This document shows, one piece after another, positions 58,383 to 64,000 of a stretch of 64,000 nucleotides of DNA. The stretch is from positions 6,220-70,219 of the IMG/VR virus record IMGVR_UViG_3300037340_000026; one strand, written 5' to 3'. Position 1 is the stretch's first letter. The number at the start of each line of letters is the position of its first letter. Source of the stretch: a virus. A program made the position numbers and the translations under genes. Under the pieces are notes generated by a model that worked only from the letters and a program-made list of their open reading frames with translations, had not been told where the DNA came from and did not search any database.

Positions 58383-60406
58383 TGAATGCCGTCGTCACCG
58401 AAGTCACCGGAACCAATGTCGTCGAGGTAGCCACGCCTGGACCTCAGGGGCCTACGGGCCCGATGGGCAATCCGGGACCGACGGGACCGACATTCTTTGG
58501 GGGACCGACTGGCCCGACTGGCACGGCGGGCAATAATGGAACGAATGGTGCCCAGGGCCCCACAGGCCCCGGCATGGGAGCTACTGGCCCCACAGGCCCG
58601 ACAGGGCCATCTGGCACTGGTCCCACTGGCGCTGGGGGGCCGACCGGCCCCGGAGGTTCGACCGGTGCCGGAGGTTCGACGGGTCCAACTGGGCCATCTG
58701 GCACTGGACCCACCGGGCCTACTGGGCCATCAGCTCCGTTGCCGGTAGATAGCATTAATGTCAAGTACGATCAGACCACAGCGGAGATGGCTGCGGGTGT
58801 CACGCCGACGAACTACTACGTCGACCCGAGCACCGGCAGCGTACTGCGCTATGGAGCGGATCCGACCGGGGCTGTAAGTGCCGTGACCGCGATCCTGAAG
58901 GCCATCGCAGTCGCCTGCTACGCGGGCGGAGCTTCTGGCATCGGCAACCACCCGCGAGTTTATTTCCCGTACGGCTACTACAAGGTCGATGCGAGCAACG
59001 TCTTCGCCAATCCCACGACGTTGCAGCGAGGCATTATATTCGAGGGCGACGGCATCGCCTCTAGCATCATTGAACTCACGACGGGTGGTTCCGCCACGAT
59101 CTGGGCTTTCTTTGGCGTCTCGGCAGAACAGTCGTACATTTCGTGCCTATTCAGAGACCTAATGTTTCAGGGCGACGACAACAACCTTGCAAACGGATTT
59201 AGCTGGTATCAGTCCCAAGGCTGGCGCTTCACGAACGTCTGGTTCAATCGTATGGGGACAGTGTGGGAGAGCAACGGCAACGCCAACGGCGATTCGCTGA
59301 AGTGCATCACCTGCAAGGCCACTGCGATTTATGCGCGTGTCTTTATAATGAACAATGACGAGTCGCTGAACAATGAGTTCCATAGCTGCGACTTCGAGAC
59401 CATCTACGGCAATATATTCGAGGTTGGCACAGGAGGCGGTGGCGCGCTTCGGGTCTATGGCGGATCGATGATCATGGACGATTCCGTCTCCAATATCTCT
59501 CCTGCCGGTGGCAATCATTACCTTCTCAACATAGCGACTGGTGCTGCACTCGGAGACAACAACAACACCTATGAGTTTTTCGGGGTCCAGACCGAACTGC
59601 ACGCGACTTCCACTATGCTGCTGTTCTGTGGAGAGACTGGCGGCCAAGCTCCTATCGTTACCTTCAACGGACTGAACAACACAGAGACCAACGGAGCACG
59701 TACGACGGTAAATGTCGTGGAGGCTCGCGTAACTTTCAACAACTGCGTGCTGACAGCGAACCAGGGATCGACCTATCAGGTTGAGGGGCCTGCCGCCGGT
59801 GGAGATCAGTACGGCGATCCGGGCTCGATCATCTTCAATCAGTGCGAGGTGCCGATCAATCTCTCCGCGTTCATAGCGCTTCAACCCAGCGCCGACAGTC
59901 TGGTGTGGGGATACGCAAGCGCTCGTGGATGTTTCTGGAGCAATTACGATTCGGGCGTAGCTCGCACTGTGCGCACCGCCATAGACTTCGATCTGAACTG
60001 GCAGAATCAGGGCCGCGCGTCGAACATCCCGCCGCTCAAGGTCATGGTCGGTAAACCGGCTAACCGCCAGTGGTGCGATGCCACCGGAAACTTCAACTGG
60101 ACGATTACGCTTCCTGCCAACGCGACCATCGTCAAGATTCTTGTCTACCGCGCTGCTACTGCGTCTAATGTTGTCTATACGCTTAACGTGGGAAACAGCG
60201 GCACACCGACGCTTTACGGCACATCGGGAGCGTCGAACTGCAATCTCGCTCAAACGATCTCTATAGACTACAGTGCGACGCCTGCGAGTTGGGTAAGCGC
60301 TGGGACGACCAGCCCCGGCAATCAAGTGCAGGTATCTATGACTGGCGCGGCATCCGGTCCGAACGTGGTCGGATCGACCGGATACTTTATGGTCTTTTAC
60401 TACTGA
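58382..60406 (+). CDS. collagen-like (GPT) fibre with beta-helix-like head
   Basis: G-P-T repeats ~58439-58730; [25 protein letters not shown] pectate-lyase-3-like motifs; no signal peptide. Confidence 0.75.
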
Positions 60407-60413
60407 CATACCC

Positions 60414-61469
60414 ATGAAAATCGCTGTCTACGCAATCGCACTTCAGGAAGCGAAATTCGCGCAACGCTTCTGCGACGCCGCGCGCGACGCTGACCTGATC
60501 TTCGTTGCCGACACCGGCTCGACGGACGATACCGTTAAGATCCTCCACGACAACGGCGCTGCCGTCTCGCATATCAGCATCAAACCTTGGCGCTTCGACG
60601 ACGCCCGCAATGCCGCACTCGCGCTATTGCCGCTAGATATTGACGTCTGCGTGAGTCTTGATCTTGATGAGGTACTGCAACCTGGATGGCGCGAAGAAAT
60701 CGAACGAGTCTGGACGGAAGGCACGACGCGTCTGCGGTACGGCTTCGATTGGGGCTGCGGGATCGCCTTTCAATATGAAAAGATTCATTCGCGGCGCGGC
60801 TATCGCTGGTTTCTGCCGTGCCACGAATATCCTGTCGCCGATCGAATCACAGAAGTCTGGGCGAACACCGATCAGCTCCTAGTGGTGCACAAACCCGACC
60901 CAGAGAAGTCACGCGGACAATATCTTGCCCTGCTGCGCACCAGCGTCGAAGAAAATCCCACTGAGCCGCGGAACGCGTTCTACTACGCGCGAGAACTGTC
61001 GTTTTTCTCGCAGTGGCGCGAGGCAATCGAGCAGGCGCAGCGCTATCTTGCCCTGCCGCGCGCGAACTGGCCGAACGAGCGCTGCTATGCCATGCGCGTG
61101 ATTGGGCGCTCGTATCAGGAACTTCAAGAGTGGGCGTTAGCGCTGAAATGGTTCCGCGATTCCTGCAGTGAGGCGCCAGATACGCGCGAGCCGTGGCACG
61201 ATCTGGCGCTGTGCTGTTACCGGACTTCAAGGTGGGCGGAATGTCTGGGCGCTGCCCTCACATGCCTGTCAATTACGAATCGCGAGAAGTTGTACACCGT
61301 CGATCCGGTCGTGTGGGGCGCCGCGCCGCACGACTTGGCTTCCATTGCGGCGTACAATCTCGGGCAGTATGCGCTGGCGTTGGAACATGCGCGCAAGGCC
61401 GTCGAACTGACGCCGGACGATCTGAGGCTTCGTAGGAATTTGGAGTTTTGCGAGAGTAAGGCAGCGTGA
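60414..61469 (+). CDS. family 2 glycosyltransferase with TPR domain
   Basis: DTGSTD.T, WRFDDARN, LDLDE, CHE, FYYAREL, TPR-like helices. Confidence 0.85.
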   Translation: MKIAVYAIALQEAKFAQRFCDAARDADLIFVADTGSTDDTVKILHDNGAAVSHISIKPWRFDDARNAALALLPLDIDVCVSLDLDEVLQPGWREEIERVWTEGTTRLRYGFDWGCGIAFQYEKIHSRRGYRWFLPCHEYPVADRITEVWANTDQLLVVHKPDPEKSRGQYLALLRTSVEENPTEPRNAFYYARELSFFSQWREAIEQAQRYLALPRANWPNERCYAMRVIGRSYQELQEWALALKWFRDSCSEAPDTREPWHDLALCCYRTSRWAECLGAALTCLSITNREKLYTVDPVVWGAAPHDLASIAAYNLGQYALALEHARKAVELTPDDLRLRRNLEFCESKAA

Positions 61470-62182
61470 GTCAGAATCCTCTTAAGTATTACGTCTATGA
61501 ACATTGGCGCCCAGACACCGATGTCATCTTCTATGTTGGGAAGGGAAAAGGCACGCGTGCCCACACCTTATGGAACAGAAACAAGTTACATAGGGCTCTT
61601 CAGGCGGAGTTGGCGAAGGTAGGACTTACCTTCGAAGTGAAGTTTGTTTTCAGGGGTCTAAGTAATCTGGAAGCGCTGAGACTGGAGAGAGAAAGAATAG
61701 TCTATTGGCGTGATCTAGGTGCCATATTGGTCAACATAACCGATGGTGGGCTTGGTACATCTGGAATGAAGTTTTCGGCCGAAACAAGAGCAAAGATGAG
61801 CAGAGATCGAAAAGGCCGAAGAATTACTGAGCAACAGCGCCATAATATAAGCAAAGCGTTGACCGGTCGTAAAAAGAGTCCAGAACATATCGCAAAGGTC
61901 GCGGCGGCTATAGCTACCATTAATTGTGGAAGGAAGCATACGCCAGAGCATATCGCGCAACGCTTAGCGTCAACGCTCGAAAGAAATCCAAATCACTTCA
62001 GAGACGCGGCAATTAAGTGTCCGGTGATCTGCGTGAATGATGGCATCCGCTACTCAACAATGACAGATGCTGCGAACGCTTACGGTCTACAGAAAGGCCG
62101 TGTGTGGGACACGTGCAACGGAGCTACGAAACACACTAAGAGCGGTTTGATCTTCAGGTATCAAGATGCAAAACCCGCTTAA
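61466..62182 (+). CDS. GIY-YIG-like/NUMOD3 homing endonuclease
   Basis: YYVYEH...FYVGKG, LVNITDGG, NUMOD3-like repeats, C-terminal HTH; AT-richer. Confidence 0.8.
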   Translation: MSQNPLKYYVYEHWRPDTDVIFYVGKGKGTRAHTLWNRNKLHRALQAELAKVGLTFEVKFVFRGLSNLEALRLERERIVYWRDLGAILVNITDGGLGTSGMKFSAETRAKMSRDRKGRRITEQQRHNISKALTGRKKSPEHIAKVAAAIATINCGRKHTPEHIAQRLASTLERNPNHFRDAAIKCPVICVNDGIRYSTMTDAANAYGLQKGRVWDTCNGATKHTKSGLIFRYQDAKPA

Positions 62183-62864
62183 TACGTCAGGAAGCTATTC
62201 ATTTGCTCCAGGCATGGGCGAGACAGTTCTGTATTCGTATGGGCTTTGTGGAATAAGAAGAACAGCCATCACGCAATCCCACATGGAAGACGCGCGCATA
62301 GCCACAAATATTATGATGGGGCGGTGGAGCGCAGACGGCGTAAACTTGTGGGCCGTTGACCTTCAGACTATTCCATTGGTGCAGGGATGCTCGACGTATC
62401 AAGTACCGTATGAAACGGTCGTGATGCTCGATGCGTACTATACGATCAACAATGGACAGCAAGAAACAGATCGGATCATGTCACCTATCAGCCGCACGGA
62501 GTATGCAAACTATCCAAATAAGAAGCAGCAGGGATCGCCGACCGTCTATTGGATGGACCGTTTACTTTCTCCTACCGTCACATTATGGCCGTGTCCCAAT
62601 GGGCAGCAAGCGTGTTTTAAATATTATCGCGTGCGCCAAATCCAGGATTCGAATTTTTCGAACGGTCAGAACGTAGAAATCCCGCCGTATTTTCTCGAAG
62701 CTTATGCACTGGGATTAGGTTATAGACTGGCGCTCTCGTGGGCGCCAGACAGAGTACCAGTGCTAAAGCCGCTGTCAGACGAGGCGTGGGGCGTCGCGAC
62801 GAGAATGGGCACCGAAAATGCGAACATATATATTTCTCCTATGATTTCGGGATATTTTCGATGA
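62166..62864 (+). CDS. head-tail adaptor-like protein
   Basis: TSG.Y.F, W...GVNLW, ISR.EY...PNK..QG.P, LWP.P, GL.YRLA. Confidence 0.7.
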   Translation: MQNPLNTSGSYSFAPGMGETVLYSYGLCGIRRTAITQSHMEDARIATNIMMGRWSADGVNLWAVDLQTIPLVQGCSTYQVPYETVVMLDAYYTINNGQQETDRIMSPISRTEYANYPNKKQQGSPTVYWMDRLLSPTVTLWPCPNGQQACFKYYRVRQIQDSNFSNGQNVEIPPYFLEAYALGLGYRLALSWAPDRVPVLKPLSDEAWGVATRMGTENANIYISPMISGYFR

Positions 62865-63769
62865 GCAAGGATATTTATTACGTCTACGAGCATTGGCGTC
62901 CTGATAAAGACGCATGCTTCTATGTAGGAAAGGGAAAGTATTCGAAGCGCGCTTTCGACATAAAAAATAGAAGTAGGTGGCACAAGGCAGTCACATCGAA
63001 ACTGACGTTCCTTGGGCTATGCTTGGATGTCCGTATGTTCGCTAAACAGCTTTCCGAGAAAGAAGCATTTATGCTGGAGAGGGAGCGTATTGTTTATTGG
63101 CGTTCGCTCGGAGTTGTACTGGTTAATATGACCGACGGCGGAGAGGGAGTGTCGGGAAACAAGGTATCAGAAGAGACGCGCGAACGGATGCGCGCCGCAG
63201 CGACTCTTCGCAATAAAGATCCTAAATATTTGGAAAAACTGAGAGTGGCTACTACTGCGAATTGGCATGCTGATGGTTATCGGGAGCGGGTCGTGCCCCT
63301 GATCGTAAAAGGGCACGAGGCCAACAAGGGGAAGCCGCGTGCTCCATGTTCTGAGGAGACAAGACAAAAAATCAGCCGCTCCAATAAGGGAAGAAGCCAG
63401 CCTCCGATGAGCGCTGAGACTCGTGAAAAGATCGGAGCGTCGCAGCGCGGTAAGGTGATTTCAGAGGATGTCAGGCAGAAAATATCAGTGGCAAATACAG
63501 GGAAGAAAAGAACCGACGAGGCTAAAGAAAAACTACGAAAACTCGCTATGCAAAACATTGAGACATTCAGAAAAAACGCTCATCTTGGACCGATCAGTCT
63601 GTCTAAGAAGGTTATTTGCCTAGATGATGGAACGGTCTTTGAGAGCGCTAGCGCTGCTGCCAGGGCTTATGGATTGAAGAAAGCTACTTCAATCTCAGAT
63701 GTGTGCTCAGGTAAACCCTCTCGCACACGTGCGGCTGGGCGTCGATTCAAATATCTGGAGGCGGCATAG
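62861..63769 (+). CDS. GIY-YIG-like/NUMOD3 homing endonuclease (paralogue of 61466-62182)
   Basis: YYVYEHWRPD..FYVGKG, LVNMTDGGEG, multiple SEETR.K.S repeats. Confidence 0.8.
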   Translation: MSKDIYYVYEHWRPDKDACFYVGKGKYSKRAFDIKNRSRWHKAVTSKLTFLGLCLDVRMFAKQLSEKEAFMLERERIVYWRSLGVVLVNMTDGGEGVSGNKVSEETRERMRAAATLRNKDPKYLEKLRVATTANWHADGYRERVVPLIVKGHEANKGKPRAPCSEETRQKISRSNKGRSQPPMSAETREKIGASQRGKVISEDVRQKISVANTGKKRTDEAKEKLRKLAMQNIETFRKNAHLGPISLSKKVICLDDGTVFESASAAARAYGLKKATSISDVCSGKPSRTRAAGRRFKYLEAA

Positions 63770-64000
63770 ATGTCTTATGCCAGTCAAAGCGGACGCGCGC
63801 GCACATCGTCTAAGAATCCGTCGGCCTACTTTGTATGCGATCGCTGTTCGATGTGGGGAAATCGTTGCGACGCACAGTGGCAGACTGACTGGCGCGGAAC
63901 GGCCCTCCAAAGTCTGTGGTTACTTGTCTGTCGAAGATGTCTGGACGTTCCAAATGAACAATTAAGAAATATCCAGCTCCCCGCAGATCCTGTTCCAATT
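63770..64000 (+). CDS. conserved Cys-motif protein of the neck region (3'-truncated)
   Basis: GGAGG SD; MSYASQSGRAR...CDRC...VCRRCLD.P..Q...LPADP. Confidence 0.65.
   Translation, partial: MSYASQSGRARTSSKNPSAYFVCDRCSMWGNRCDAQWQTDWRGTALQSLWLLVCRRCLDVPNEQLRNIQLPADPVPI

Noticed and set aside
59159-60415. Long antisense ORFs (418 aa here; others at 2716-3555, 44802-45638, 55992-56786)
   Set aside because: Shadow ORFs of GC-rich sense genes with no recognisable motifs

Overview
The window is most of a tailed-phage genome (Caudoviricetes, GC-rich, podovirus-like with internal ejection proteins), apparently circularly permuted. Order: ejection/internal virion genes (1-6926); lysis cassette with an SLT endolysin, small membrane proteins and lipoproteins, ending in a secreted GH16-like+GH5 glycosidase (7372-13164); a leftward early operon of many small ORFs, including Acb2/Tad1-like, XF1762-like, DUF6745-like, RecE-like and tandem-repeat proteins (13165-26405); overlapping divergent promoters; a rightward replication operon with HTH, 3 tRNAs, SF2 helicase, RtcB, VRR-NUC, VapE helicase and an iteron origin (26494-33960); then terminase, portal, GroES, capsid, fibre-like genes, a GT2-TPR glycosyltransferase and an adaptor, with five free-standing homing endonucleases (34434-64000). 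No integrase, DNA polymerase, CRISPR array or reverse transcriptase is visible. Main leads: (i) three consecutive fibre-like, Cys-rich genes in the structural operon with Sec-type signal peptides; (ii) two paralogous GH5/GH16-like enzymes in swapped domain order; (iii) a tRNA-rtcB-tRNA cassette plus an atypical tRNA-Thr; (iv) an x-x-x-G-G motif shared by several putative capsid-internal proteins; (v) a NUDIX domain inside a putative ejection protein; (vi) a probable ACG start codon. All family calls are motif recognition by eye; no database search was run.
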